From NCBI GenBank assembly GCA_964557855.1, contig CAZLBP010000004.1, positions 75,149 through 139,148 of the forward strand: a stretch of 64,000 nucleotides of DNA, written 5' to 3'. Positions 9,000 to 19,379 of this stretch are shown here, in pieces; position 1 is the stretch's first letter; every line of letters begins with the position of its first letter. A program made the translations under genes and the position numbers. The notes beneath the pieces are model-generated. The model was not told where the DNA came from. It saw only the letters and a list, made by a program, of their open reading frames with translations, and made no database searches. Source of the DNA: an uncultured Ignavibacteriales bacterium. Its GTDB lineage: Bacteria > Zixibacteria > MSB-5A5 > GN15 > FEB-12.

Positions 9000-11945
9000 T
9001 TAGGGACAGGCGGGCGGTGGAGGTCCGGAACGGAAGAGGAAGTCGACCAGGTAGCTCAAATCCGCGACGTCGATCGGTCCGCCCGCGCCGACTATACCAT
9101 CGATATTGCCTTGTTCCGGACAAGGCGGTATCGTGCCCGCGCGGAACAGATAATCGACCAGGTAGCTCAGGTCAGCCACATCAATCGGCCCGCCCGCGCC
9201 GACAATGTTATCGACGTTACCGCGATCCACGCAACAGCAAGCATCTCCGACACCGTCGTTGTCAGTATCTTCCTGTCCGGGGTTGGCGGTGTCGGGGCAG
9301 TTGTCAAGCGCGCAGGTATTGGCGGCATAGCCGGGATTGCCGTACCCGTCACCATCAGTATCGGTGCACTCATCGCAGGCGTCACCGATAAGATCGCCGT
9401 CGGCGTCTTCCTGGCCGGGATTGGGGACACTGGGGCAGTTGTCGTCGACGTCACAAATGCCGTCCGTATCGGCATCGGCGCAGCCCTCGTACAGGGACTC
9501 GAACGCGTACACCGACCCGTCGCCGTCGAACGTGACACAAGCGATACTGGGCAGGCCGGGTCCGTCGATATCACCGACCTGGATATGCATCACGTCGCCG
9601 CCGGTGGCATAATTCCAAATCTCGGCGCCGGCCCCGTCAATAACATAGACAATCTGATCATCGGAACCCGCCGCAACGTCGTTCTGATCGTCACCGTCGA
9701 GGTCCTGCACCCAGACGGTATTCACTTCGCCGCCGGTGGGAAAGTTCCACAGGGTGCTGCCGTCGACTCCGCTCAGGGCATGCACGTTCTGACTCGTGGA
9801 ATTGCCGGGCACGACGATATCGGGCACGAGGTCGCCGTTGAGATCGCCGCAGGCCATGCCATGGGTATTGGAGGCGATATTTAACGGCGTACTCCAGATT
9901 TCGGACTGTGTGGCGCCGTTTATCATGATGACCTGTTTGGTGCCGAACGGGGTGATCGCGGCTGCGACATCAGGTACCGAATCGCCGGTGACATCGCACA
10001 CGACAACATGTTCCACCCCTTCGGGGCAGATGTAATCCCAGAGCAAAGAACCGTCGGAGCCATCGAGAACAACGACTTTTTCGCCGCTAGCGCCGGTTCC
10101 GACTGCCACCACGACGTCGAGGGGCCCGGCGCCGTTCATTTGCGCCAGCCGGACCTCACCCACGGCGGCGCCCACCGGCGTGCTCCAGAGTTCGAGTCCG
10201 GTGGCGCCGTTGACGGCGTAGACCGTACCGTTATCACAGCCGCCGATGACGTCGACATTGTCGTCACTGTTAAGGTCGGCGGCGACCAGGCACTTGCGAT
10301 AGAGCTGATTGGTCGGGGTGGTGAACTGCCACATTTCGGAGCCGTCATTGCCGCGTATGGCGGTGATACGCTCGTCATCACCGGCGACGGCCACGTCGAC
10401 CTGGCCGTCGTTGTCGAAATCACCGGTGGTGACGCAGTACAGGTTGGCGGTACTGGTCCAGGTCCACAGTTCGTTGCCGTTGACGCCGTTAACCGCTACC
10501 GCGCGGTCATCAACCGAGGTTACGGCCACCACGTCCATATAATCGTCCCCGTTGAGATTGTCGACGGCCACCGCGTTACCATATGTCCCCAACGGGAACT
10601 CCCAGAGTACCGGTGAAATGACCGTCTTCAGCGTCCACACCGACTTGCCCGGGTTGGGTGGCGTGCCGATGTGCTCGGCGCCACCGCCGGCCGCCACATC
10701 GGTTACGTTGTCATTGTTGAAATCGCCTGCGCCAACGGCCTTGATGGTACCATCCACCGCATAGTACCACAACGGTTTTCCGTCACTTGCGCCCAGGACA
10801 GTGACACGGTCGGAGGTGGCTGCAATGATCTCGAGCTGGTTGTCGCCGGTGACGTCACCGAAGGCCAGATGTCTGGGATAACCGTCAAGCGGCTCCGAAG
10901 TCATCATCGGCGTCGGAATGTGCCCGTCGAACGCTATGACTTCGTACCAGCCGATGAAATTGCCGATTACCAAATCCGGATCACCGCTCTCATCGATATC
11001 ATACGTAAACAGGCTGATTTCGCCGTTGGTGTGGTCGATGGAACCCAGGTTGTATTCCCATTCCAGCTCGCCGCTGGACGCCGTCCGGACGTACACGTAT
11101 CCCTGGTCACCGTTAGTAATGCCGGTGAAAATTGCCTCAAGTTCGGCGTCATCGTCGATATCGGTCACGAGTACATCGAGCAGGACATACGTAACGGTGT
11201 CTTCCCAGATACGACTGCCGGTGGACCCATCAAGAACACCGTAGTAGTTGTCAAAGCCGGCCAGATATTCATGGGCGTAGGCGACGTCATCGACATTATC
11301 GCCGTTGATATCTCCGGTCGCGACGGCGTTGATCCACAAGCTGCCGATTTCCGTACTCCAGAGCAGAGCACCGGTTTGGCCGTTGACGGCATAGACGAAA
11401 TCATCGAATGTGCCGGCCGTGACATCCATATACACGTCGCCGTTGAAATCGCCAATGGCCACGGTCTGGATAGTGGCTCCGATGTAATACGTCCAGATCT
11501 CGCTGCCGTCGGCGCCGTCGATGGCGTGCACGTATCCGTCGGGAGTGGCGCTGGAATTGTACGAAGCGCCGGCGATAACATCCGGGATACCGTCGTTAGT
11601 TATATCGCCAATCGTCATCGACCGGACACCGTCCTGCAAGAGATAACTCCACAATTCGAGTCCGGTTTCCCCGTTGATGGCGTACACGCGTGATGGCTCG
11701 CCGTAGTAGTTGCTCGAGTACTCACCGACTATTACGTCCGGCACCAGATCGCCGTTCAAGTCGGCTGTTTCTACGTGCCCCACATCGAGATTAGAATCGA
11801 ATATCCACACTGGTTCACCCGATGAGGCTCGGGAGCCGCCGCGCAGGAAATCATTGGAAGCGTTGCCGGATGTGCCCGTTGCCAGGATCAGGAGCAACAG
11901 GATTGTCGTGCCGCCAACACCTTGTCGCCAATAACGTTGACACAT
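9000..11945 (-). CDS. Secreted FG-GAP/PQQ-like repeat beta-propeller protein with thrombospondin type-3 repeats and C-terminal dockerin-like domain
   Basis: Signal peptide; many DxxxDxxxDV + GxxLW repeats; DNCPxxxNPGQEDxDxDxxGDAC; duplicated GNxDxIVGAGGPIDVADLSYLVDxLF. Confidence 0.85.
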   Translation of the reverse strand: MCQRYWRQGVGGTTILLLLILATGTSGNASNDFLRGGSRASSGEPVWIFDSNLDVGHVETADLNGDLVPDVIVGEYSSNYYGEPSRVYAINGETGLELWSYLLQDGVRSMTIGDITNDGIPDVIAGASYNSSATPDGYVHAIDGADGSEIWTYYIGATIQTVAIGDFNGDVYMDVTAGTFDDFVYAVNGQTGALLWSTEIGSLWINAVATGDINGDNVDDVAYAHEYLAGFDNYYGVLDGSTGSRIWEDTVTYVLLDVLVTDIDDDAELEAIFTGITNGDQGYVYVRTASSGELEWEYNLGSIDHTNGEISLFTYDIDESGDPDLVIGNFIGWYEVIAFDGHIPTPMMTSEPLDGYPRHLAFGDVTGDNQLEIIAATSDRVTVLGASDGKPLWYYAVDGTIKAVGAGDFNNDNVTDVAAGGGAEHIGTPPNPGKSVWTLKTVISPVLWEFPLGTYGNAVAVDNLNGDDYMDVVAVTSVDDRAVAVNGVNGNELWTWTSTANLYCVTTGDFDNDGQVDVAVAGDDERITAIRGNDGSEMWQFTTPTNQLYRKCLVAADLNSDDNVDVIGGCDNGTVYAVNGATGLELWSTPVGAAVGEVRLAQMNGAGPLDVVVAVGTGASGEKVVVLDGSDGSLLWDYICPEGVEHVVVCDVTGDSVPDVAAAITPFGTKQVIMINGATQSEIWSTPLNIASNTHGMACGDLNGDLVPDIVVPGNSTSQNVHALSGVDGSTLWNFPTGGEVNTVWVQDLDGDDQNDVAAGSDDQIVYVIDGAGAEIWNYATGGDVMHIQVGDIDGPGLPSIACVTFDGDGSVYAFESLYEGCADADTDGICDVDDNCPSVPNPGQEDADGDLIGDACDECTDTDGDGYGNPGYAANTCALDNCPDTANPGQEDTDNDGVGDACCCVDRGNVDNIVGAGGPIDVADLSYLVDYLFRAGTIPPCPEQGNIDGIVGAGGPIDVADLSYLVDFLFRSGPPPPACP

Positions 11946-12060
11946 ATTACTTCTCCTTGCTGGTTAAGAGATTTGTACGAGATTATGAATCACAGCAGAC
12001 ACCTCTGTTATGGAATAGCAGTAAATCGAGCTGACGCTGTCTGCAGCCTATATATATCCG

Positions 12061-12089
12061 AAATTACGCACGGATTCGCATTTTGTCAA
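12061..12089 (-). promoter_or_regulatory. sigma70-like promoter of the dockerin protein gene
   Basis: TTGACA-N17-TAATTT on the minus strand. Confidence 0.55.
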
Positions 12090-12332
12090 GGGATATAAAG
12101 CGGATAGCATTATACATGTAATTTCCCGGATCGGCCTGGTTGAGTGTTTCCACGAGTGCGGAAGAACGAGATCAACGAAGCCCTGATGGATACCAGGCGA
12201 AATACCATGACCCAATATCCGGACTTGTATTAGAATTAATTTAAGCCTACTTTCCGAAGAATCCAGGTCGCAAGGGACCTGGAGCAAACTCGACAAATCT
12301 GATGTGAGAGATGTAATTCGTGAGGAGACTCG

Positions 12333-13928
12333 CTGGCTAACATACTGCAACATATCGGACGATTCATTTTTCCCCCCGATGTAGACGTCCGGTGGCGACG
12401 CCTGGAATTGACGGTCTGGGCGTTTCTGCTGTCCTTGTCGTTTTATCCGGGACCTTTCGGATTTCTGGCCTGGTTTTCCCTGGTCCGACCGATTCTCATT
12501 ATCATCAGACTTGAAGGCCGCCCCGCTTTCAATGCCGCTTACTTTTTCAGTTTCTTTTTCAACCTGTTCAGTTTGTACTGGGTGGCGCTGGTGACTCCGC
12601 CCGGTATGGTGGCTGCCGTTGTCATTGTGGCTTTCTACTATACGGCCATATTGATGGTATTCCACCGGCTCCACCGGTTCAACCCGCTGCTCGGCTTCGT
12701 GGCGCTGCCCTTCTTGTGGGTCGGGATGGAGTATTTTCGGACGCTTTCGGAATTTGCTTTTCCCTGGTCCGACCTGGGTTATTCCCAGTCCTACTATCTC
12801 TATATCCTGCAAATCGTCTCGGTTCTGTCGGTCAACGGTCTTTCGTTCTTCCTGGTTGCGGTGAATGTGTTGCTCTGCCAGTTGCTACGACCGGAAGTAT
12901 CGCCCGAGCGAAAAGTCACTTCTATTTTTGTATCAGCAACGGTTGTTGCTGGTCTGATCGCCTACGGCTGGATAGTCGTGCCGCCGTTGCCTCGCCCCGG
13001 AACGCTCAATGTCGCGCTCTTACAAGGCTCGGTCCCTATTGAAGTGAAGTGGGCGGCCGGAAATGCCGAACACAGCTTTCGATTGTATGACTCCCTCGCT
13101 CAAAACGTGGCAGACAGCGCCATTGATCTCTACATCTGGCCTGAAACATCAGCACCCTGCTACATCAGTCATGATGACGCCTGCCGGAGGCGAGTGGGCC
13201 GTATTGCGCGGCGTTCCGGTACGCCGCACCTGGTTGGCGCCCTGGGAGCGGCCGTGAAGAACGGGCAGGAACGCCTGTATAACTCATGCTACAAGTTCGA
13301 TTCGGTGGGAAACGTGGTGCAGCGCTACGATAAGGTAAAACTGGTGCCTTTTTCCGAACATGTCCCGTACCAGGACCATCTGCCGTTCCTGCAGAAGGGT
13401 TTTCTGAGACAGTACCTTACGTTTATCGACCAATATGGTGTTCAGTGGTGGTCGGATTTCTATCCGGGCGATTCGGCCAGGTTGTTTCCGCTCGGCGATA
13501 GTTTCTACGCCGTGCTGATCTGTTTTGAATGTGCCTTTCCGGAGTTCACCCGCCACCGGATTCTTGACGGAGCCGATTTCCTCGTTGGTATAACCAATGA
13601 CACCTGGTTCGGTAGATCCGTCGGAGTGCATATTCACTCTCGCATCTTCATTACACGGGCGGTTGAAAACCGATGTTGGGCGGCTCGAACAGCCAACAGT
13701 GGTTTGACGTTTATAGTAGACGGGTACGGACGTGTGAGAGACACACTGGACCTCTATGAAGTGGCCGCACTGGAAGGACAAGTCGGGTTGCTTGACGGAT
13801 TCTCGGTTTATACCAGGTGGGGCAATGTTATCGGGAGACTGTCGTTGCTGATAACAGTCAGTCTGAGCGGAATACTGATAGCCGTCGGGACAGTGCGTCG
13901 TGTCCTACCGAGCAGTAGGAGGCCGTGA
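12333..13928 (+). CDS. lnt: Apolipoprotein N-acyltransferase
   Basis: FPW, WPE, YDKVKLVPFSE, ICFE, TNDTWFG, RAVENR; frame open to CTG12333 behind GAGGAG (ORF track starts at TTG12408). Confidence 0.93.
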   Translation: MANILQHIGRFIFPPDVDVRWRRLELTVWAFLLSLSFYPGPFGFLAWFSLVRPILIIIRLEGRPAFNAAYFFSFFFNLFSLYWVALVTPPGMVAAVVIVAFYYTAILMVFHRLHRFNPLLGFVALPFLWVGMEYFRTLSEFAFPWSDLGYSQSYYLYILQIVSVLSVNGLSFFLVAVNVLLCQLLRPEVSPERKVTSIFVSATVVAGLIAYGWIVVPPLPRPGTLNVALLQGSVPIEVKWAAGNAEHSFRLYDSLAQNVADSAIDLYIWPETSAPCYISHDDACRRRVGRIARRSGTPHLVGALGAAVKNGQERLYNSCYKFDSVGNVVQRYDKVKLVPFSEHVPYQDHLPFLQKGFLRQYLTFIDQYGVQWWSDFYPGDSARLFPLGDSFYAVLICFECAFPEFTRHRILDGADFLVGITNDTWFGRSVGVHIHSRIFITRAVENRCWAARTANSGLTFIVDGYGRVRDTLDLYEVAALEGQVGLLDGFSVYTRWGNVIGRLSLLITVSLSGILIAVGTVRRVLPSSRRP

Positions 13929-13940
13929 ATACGGAGTGAA

Positions 13941-16133
13941 ATGAACAAGAAGCGCAAATCAATCGTCCGGTGGATATCTTTGGCGATAACACTCGTATTC
14001 TCCAGCTCACTATGCATCGCTGCGAGTTGGCAAACGCTGAGCTCCTTCAAAGAGATAAGGCGTCTTCGCGTCATCAATGATACCTTGTACGCCGCCACGT
14101 CAGGGGGACTTCTGGCGATCGATAACTTCAATACTCCCGGACGTAGTTTCCTCAACACCGACGGCCTGGGAACCATAAACCTGACTGATATTATAGAAGA
14201 TAGTAACGGTCAAATGTGGTTGACAGGCTTTGGTCGGTTGGTCAGGTTCGACAAAAGTGATCCGCAACCGTTCCTGTTTGTTCCTGCCGAGGGTGACCCT
14301 TTTCCATTGAATACGGTGGTGGATGATGACGACAATCTGTGGATCGGCACTGACTCCGGTTTGGTGCTCTTTTCTAAAGTTAACGATGGCGGCCAGATAG
14401 AGGGGCACTTCCAGCTCACAACGATAAATCCCTTTCCCGAAGTGAATGAAATTCTGCTGGTAAGCGATTCGATCTGGCTGGCCACGTCATCCGGGCTGCT
14501 CGTTGCCGATAGAAGTAACACTGAGCTGACACCCGCTGACTGGCGGTTATTTCAACGGGACAATTTCCCGGAGTTGAGAAGTGATACGGTTCGCAACGTC
14601 GTGTCCTTTCTGGGTGACATCTATGTCGCTACGTCCGGGGGCGTGTTTCGTCTCGTGTTATCACCCGGGGATACGGTCTTTTCGCCAGTGCCCGGCGCCG
14701 ACAACCGGAGAATCAACGATCTAATGGTGGAAGGGGACTCTCTTTTTTATTATTATGTGTCCGGGCTGGGAGTGATAACGGTTGAGGGCGCAACGCTGTT
14801 GCCTGGCTCAGGTCTGCCTTCAGCCCCGGCAACCGGAATCGGGTGGAACGGTGTGCGGTGGGTGGCCGTCTCCGGGGGTGGTCTGTATGCCGGTGTTTTA
14901 GGTGTTTACGAAGAATACGTCTTCACGGGCGCACCGAACAATGATGTAACCTCGGTTACGGTCGACGGCGAAGGCCTGCCGGTGGCCGGTTTCGGCAGAG
15001 GGATTTTCGCTCGATACGACGGTGCGCAGTGGTCTGTGACTGACATTGGCGATATGGGCGCCACCACCGGCCTGGTGACTGATCGTTTCGGACGCGTGTG
15101 GGCCGGCACGTGGGGAAGAGGGCTGTGGCTTGAGACTGAAGATACCGCTTTCAAATTCGACGAGACCAATTCAACCTGTATCGGCATCGGAGGCGACCCT
15201 TCGTTCGTTGTAATTCGCGATATAGCCACGAGCGATGAACAAGTGTTCGCCGCCTGTTTTCTGGCTGCCAACAACTATCCGGTGGCGGTCGGCCGACTGG
15301 ATTCACCCGAAGATCGCTTGTCGTGGGACTCTATCGGAGTTGACCAGGGCCTGACCATATTCCTGGTGACATCACTGGGGTATGGTTCCGGTCAATTGGC
15401 GGTGGGGACGGAGGCGTCCGGTGTGTTCCTGTGCGATGTCGCGGCGGCCCTAAGCGGCGCCGACAATGCTTGCCGGCAGTACACCGAGAGCAATTCCCCG
15501 CTGATTTCGGATGTGATCCGGGTTTTGGAATACTCGCCTTGGGGCGACGTCTGGGTCGGCACCAACTTCGGTCTGTCGCGGTGGGATCCCGGCATCGAAC
15601 GATTTGCTGATGTTCTGCTGCCGGCGGGAATTGGCCCGGATATTTCGGCGCTTGAGTTCGACGGTAGAGGCAATCTCTGGATCGGCTCGAAGACCGGGCT
15701 GGCAAGACTGGACGGCACCAGCGGGGACTACACCATATATAAAGCAGCCACCAGCGGCTTGGTCTCCGACAAGATCACAGGTCTGGCGCTCAATCAATCC
15801 ACAGGTGAGTTGTACGTTGCCACCGAAAGCGGCTTGTCGGTGCTGACGCCGGAATTACAGCAGCGCACGGCCGCACTGGATTCGGTACTGGCTGTGCCGA
15901 ATCCGTTCGTAATTCGATCCCCGGATGACCGATTGGAGTTCAATTTCTCACGCGAGGGCACAGCTCGCATTTTCACCGTGGCCGGTGAGCCAGTCACGGA
16001 ATTATCCACGAACGCCTCCTGGGACGGTCGCAACGACTCCGGAAAGGAAGTTGCGTCCGGTGTCTACCTTTTCATCGTTACGGACGGCGACGGCAACCTG
16101 GCCCGGGGAAAGTTCCTTCTGGTTCGTGAGTGA
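13941..16133 (+). CDS. PorZ-like double beta-propeller protein with C-terminal Ig/FlgD-like domain
   Basis: Signal peptide; repeated LWIGT/VWAGT blades; C-terminal AVPNPF...WDGRNDSGKEVASGVYLF...GKFLLVR. Confidence 0.7.
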   Translation: MNKKRKSIVRWISLAITLVFSSSLCIAASWQTLSSFKEIRRLRVINDTLYAATSGGLLAIDNFNTPGRSFLNTDGLGTINLTDIIEDSNGQMWLTGFGRLVRFDKSDPQPFLFVPAEGDPFPLNTVVDDDDNLWIGTDSGLVLFSKVNDGGQIEGHFQLTTINPFPEVNEILLVSDSIWLATSSGLLVADRSNTELTPADWRLFQRDNFPELRSDTVRNVVSFLGDIYVATSGGVFRLVLSPGDTVFSPVPGADNRRINDLMVEGDSLFYYYVSGLGVITVEGATLLPGSGLPSAPATGIGWNGVRWVAVSGGGLYAGVLGVYEEYVFTGAPNNDVTSVTVDGEGLPVAGFGRGIFARYDGAQWSVTDIGDMGATTGLVTDRFGRVWAGTWGRGLWLETEDTAFKFDETNSTCIGIGGDPSFVVIRDIATSDEQVFAACFLAANNYPVAVGRLDSPEDRLSWDSIGVDQGLTIFLVTSLGYGSGQLAVGTEASGVFLCDVAAALSGADNACRQYTESNSPLISDVIRVLEYSPWGDVWVGTNFGLSRWDPGIERFADVLLPAGIGPDISALEFDGRGNLWIGSKTGLARLDGTSGDYTIYKAATSGLVSDKITGLALNQSTGELYVATESGLSVLTPELQQRTAALDSVLAVPNPFVIRSPDDRLEFNFSREGTARIFTVAGEPVTELSTNASWDGRNDSGKEVASGVYLFIVTDGDGNLARGKFLLVRE

Positions 16134-17062
16134 TGAAGGTTTCCTGTTACAGTTCCTCCGAAATATCACAACCGACCATCGACCGATTAATCGGACAATC
16201 ATTCTATGCTTCGGCTGGTTTCGCGTCGCTGTGGCAATGTAAAGGGGGACGGCTTGTCTATTGGACCGTGGAAGACGCGGATCGAGTGGTCGGGATATTG
16301 CCCGGCATCGTCATCGGACGTAAACCTCTCGAACGTTTCATGGCGATGCCGGACGGTTTGTACGGTCGTTTGTTCGTCCACCCGGATCGAGTCGCCGATC
16401 GGGAGACGGTGGGGACCCTGCTGTTGGAGACACTGAGCCGTCAACTGTATCAAAAACTCTATATTTATGATTTCTACAGGACGTTGCCCGAGCATCCTCA
16501 GTTCGACGTTCAATTCTGCGAAACGACACTAATAGATATCTCAGATGCCGAATGGCAGCCGCCCGACAAGAAACTGCAATCCCAGATTCGCAAGGCGGAA
16601 CGGGAGGGGATCCGGGTGGTCCCGTTTGATTGGCAGAGACACCGGCAGCAGTTCATGAACCTGATGGAGCAGTCCGAGAGGCGTCACGGCCGGGATCCGA
16701 AGTACCCGGAGGCTTTTTTCGAGGCGCTGGCGTCGTTAGCCCGGCACGATGGGCGGGTACGGTGGATGTGGTGTGAGCATGGCGGCCGGGGCGCCTGTTC
16801 GCATATCTACTTTATCGAAGATAAAATGCTCCAGGGGTGGCAGATATATTTCGACAAAGAGTTTTCCTTTCTTAAACCGAATCAGTACATTAGCTTCTCG
16901 ATGTGTCGCGAACTGTCGGTACAGGGATTGGTAACGACACTGAACCTGGGCGGAACACCGGCAGAGGCCGAGGGATTGGCATACTACAAAAAGCGCTGGG
17001 GAGGCCAGCACGTTCGGTACGGGTGCCTGGTTAAGAAGAAAGGACTGGGACGTTTCCTGTGA
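16130..17062 (+). CDS. GNAT/FemAB-like acyltransferase
   Basis: QIRKAEREG, PNQY, NLGGT...GLAYYKKRWGG motifs. Confidence 0.75.
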   Translation: MMKVSCYSSSEISQPTIDRLIGQSFYASAGFASLWQCKGGRLVYWTVEDADRVVGILPGIVIGRKPLERFMAMPDGLYGRLFVHPDRVADRETVGTLLLETLSRQLYQKLYIYDFYRTLPEHPQFDVQFCETTLIDISDAEWQPPDKKLQSQIRKAEREGIRVVPFDWQRHRQQFMNLMEQSERRHGRDPKYPEAFFEALASLARHDGRVRWMWCEHGGRGACSHIYFIEDKMLQGWQIYFDKEFSFLKPNQYISFSMCRELSVQGLVTTLNLGGTPAEAEGLAYYKKRWGGQHVRYGCLVKKKGLGRFL

Positions 17063-18135
17063 CCGGCGCCAAGCCCAGGATCCTCATGTTGGCGGACAGC
17101 CGCTCGGTACATACGGAGCGGTTTGCCAAGGAGCTCCGTTGTCAAGGATGTGAAGTCCTGGTGGCGTCGATTGAGAAGGGGCATGTCTCGCATTTCCAAC
17201 TCAGCCGCAGCACACAGAGCAACACGTTTACGTACGTACTGTCCCTGCCGCGCCTCAAAAGGGCCGTCGCGGAGTTCAAGCCGGATGTGATAAATGCTCA
17301 CTTCGCCTCGGGCTACGGTTTCCTCTTGTCGTTGCTTCGCAAGCGGCGCGGCCTCCCTCATGTCGTCCATCTGTGGGGTTCCGATATTCTCGTGGCCGCT
17401 CGTAGAACACCGTTGCATCGGTTCAAAGTCAGGCGAGCGCTACGAAACGCCGATCACGTTGTAGCGGATTCGCGGTATCTGGCGGAAGAAGCGAAGGCTT
17501 TGTGCACCCGCCGGCCGATCAGTGTTATACCGTGGGGAATCGAGGAAAGATTACTCGCCTATCACAGGCAGGATTACGCCTTTAACCGGCCGCTTAAGAT
17601 CATAGTTCCTCGGGCGCACGAAAAAATCTATAACAATATCTTCATTGTTACGGCCCTGGCCGGGTTGATACGACAACGCCGCATCGAAGTCGTATTCCCG
17701 ACGGTGGGGACGTTGTTCGAGAGTTTCTGTGCACGAGCGGCCAGACTGGTGGGCGATAAGCTGCGGTTCTACGAGCCGCTGCCCCGGGAGTCGTTTATCC
17801 GGTTCATGGCTTCGCACGACGTTTATTTGTCGGCCTCGAATTCCGATTCTTCGCCGGTTTCATTGATCGAGGCCATGGCTTTGGGGCTGGTTCCCGTAGC
17901 GACGGATATTCCCGGTGTCCGAGAATGGCTGGGTCCCGAAAACGGATTTGTCTTCCGGGGGTCCGATGGGGTGGACCTGGCAAACCGAATAGGTGAACTA
18001 GTCAATTCCGGTGACACTTTCGAGTCAATGCGACGAACTAATCTCGAAAAAGTACGGCGATTCGGTGTGTTCGAGAAGAACATGACGAGTCAGATTCGAC
18101 TCATGAATGAACTGAGGGGGGATGTGGCCGTATGA
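17059..18135 (+). CDS. Glycosyltransferase family 4
   Basis: PDVINAH, WGSDIL, LIEAMALGLVPVATDIPG. Confidence 0.88.
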   Translation: MTGAKPRILMLADSRSVHTERFAKELRCQGCEVLVASIEKGHVSHFQLSRSTQSNTFTYVLSLPRLKRAVAEFKPDVINAHFASGYGFLLSLLRKRRGLPHVVHLWGSDILVAARRTPLHRFKVRRALRNADHVVADSRYLAEEAKALCTRRPISVIPWGIEERLLAYHRQDYAFNRPLKIIVPRAHEKIYNNIFIVTALAGLIRQRRIEVVFPTVGTLFESFCARAARLVGDKLRFYEPLPRESFIRFMASHDVYLSASNSDSSPVSLIEAMALGLVPVATDIPGVREWLGPENGFVFRGSDGVDLANRIGELVNSGDTFESMRRTNLEKVRRFGVFEKNMTSQIRLMNELRGDVAV

Positions 18136-19361
18136 AAAAGGTGCTCCTGATCTGTTATTATTTCCCTCCGTTGGGCGGCGCCGGTGTCGGCCGTCCTCTG
18201 GGCCTTGTCAAGCATGTGAGCCGCTTCGGGTGGGAATGCCATGTGTTGACGGTCAAGCCGGTGTCTTATCGTGTTTACGAACCCGAACTGCTCCATGGGC
18301 TGCCGACGGAGAAGATATACCGAGCCGGATCCTTCGATCCACAGCGGCTGCTGTATTTGATCGGTGTGCGACAGGTGCCGGACAAGACCATTGACATGGG
18401 TCGAGTTGTCTCAAACCGGTTTTTCCCGGATCCCAAAGTGGGCTGGGTCCGGAAAGCCGTTGGGCTGGGCCGAACACTCATAAGCAACAATCGCTATGAC
18501 GCCCTGATGTCAACTTCCCCGCCGATCTCTGCTCATTTGGTGGGAATGCAGCTGGCCAGAGAATCCCGGCTGCCCTGGATTGCCGACTTCCGCGACTACT
18601 GGACTGCCTATCCTATCGAAGAGACCTATGCCAGCAGGGCGGCAGTGTCCCGGGCGGGAAATCTATTGCAGGACGTACGGCGAACGTCGACGATGATTAC
18701 GGCCGTAAACCGGACGGTCGGAGACTACGTCGGAGCCGGCAACATCATTAACAACAGTTATGACCGAGATCTTGCCGAGCGCTGGAAACTTCCGCCGGAC
18801 AGCGGTTCATTCACTGTTGGTGTGCTGGGTTCGTTAAATGAACTTACACCCGTGGAGCCATTATTGAAAGTGTTGGCAGTTCTGAGGAGCACCGTTCCGG
18901 ACGTTTTCGCCGGGATTCGGGTGCTCCAGGTGGGCTCGGTGGACATCAACTGGTTAACGCCGCAGCTGGAGCACTATGCTCTCGCTGATAAGTTCGAGGT
19001 TCGTCGTCATCAACGACGAGACGTGACGATTGATCTGCTCTCACAGACATCACTTCTCTATGCAGGAGTTCGTGACAAAGGTTTTTCCACGGGACGTATC
19101 TACACGATGCTGTCTTCCGGTCGGCCGATTCTCGCCTGGGCGCCCCATGGGGGCGAGATGGAACGACTAGTCAACAAGACCGGTCACAGCCTGTGCTTCA
19201 CCGACGATAACATCGAAACTGCGGTCACGTTTCTAAGGGAATTGAGCCGCAAATCAAAGAACGGGGAATGCCCGGTGGTTGCCCAGCCACAATATGCTCG
19301 GGAATTCTCTTCGGAAAACATGGCTAAGCAGTTTGCGCTGGTGCTGGGTAAAATCACCTGA
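18132..19361 (+). CDS. Glycosyltransferase family 4-like
   Basis: YYFPPLGGAGVGR, TSPP, WIADFRDYW, GRPIL. Confidence 0.85.
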   Translation: MKKVLLICYYFPPLGGAGVGRPLGLVKHVSRFGWECHVLTVKPVSYRVYEPELLHGLPTEKIYRAGSFDPQRLLYLIGVRQVPDKTIDMGRVVSNRFFPDPKVGWVRKAVGLGRTLISNNRYDALMSTSPPISAHLVGMQLARESRLPWIADFRDYWTAYPIEETYASRAAVSRAGNLLQDVRRTSTMITAVNRTVGDYVGAGNIINNSYDRDLAERWKLPPDSGSFTVGVLGSLNELTPVEPLLKVLAVLRSTVPDVFAGIRVLQVGSVDINWLTPQLEHYALADKFEVRRHQRRDVTIDLLSQTSLLYAGVRDKGFSTGRIYTMLSSGRPILAWAPHGGEMERLVNKTGHSLCFTDDNIETAVTFLRELSRKSKNGECPVVAQPQYAREFSSENMAKQFALVLGKIT

Positions 19362-19379
19362 AAGTGGACTATGATGACA

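Noticed and set aside
9111-11693. Long plus-strand ORFs opposite the FG-GAP gene
   Set aside because: Antisense shadows of a repetitive GC-rich CDS
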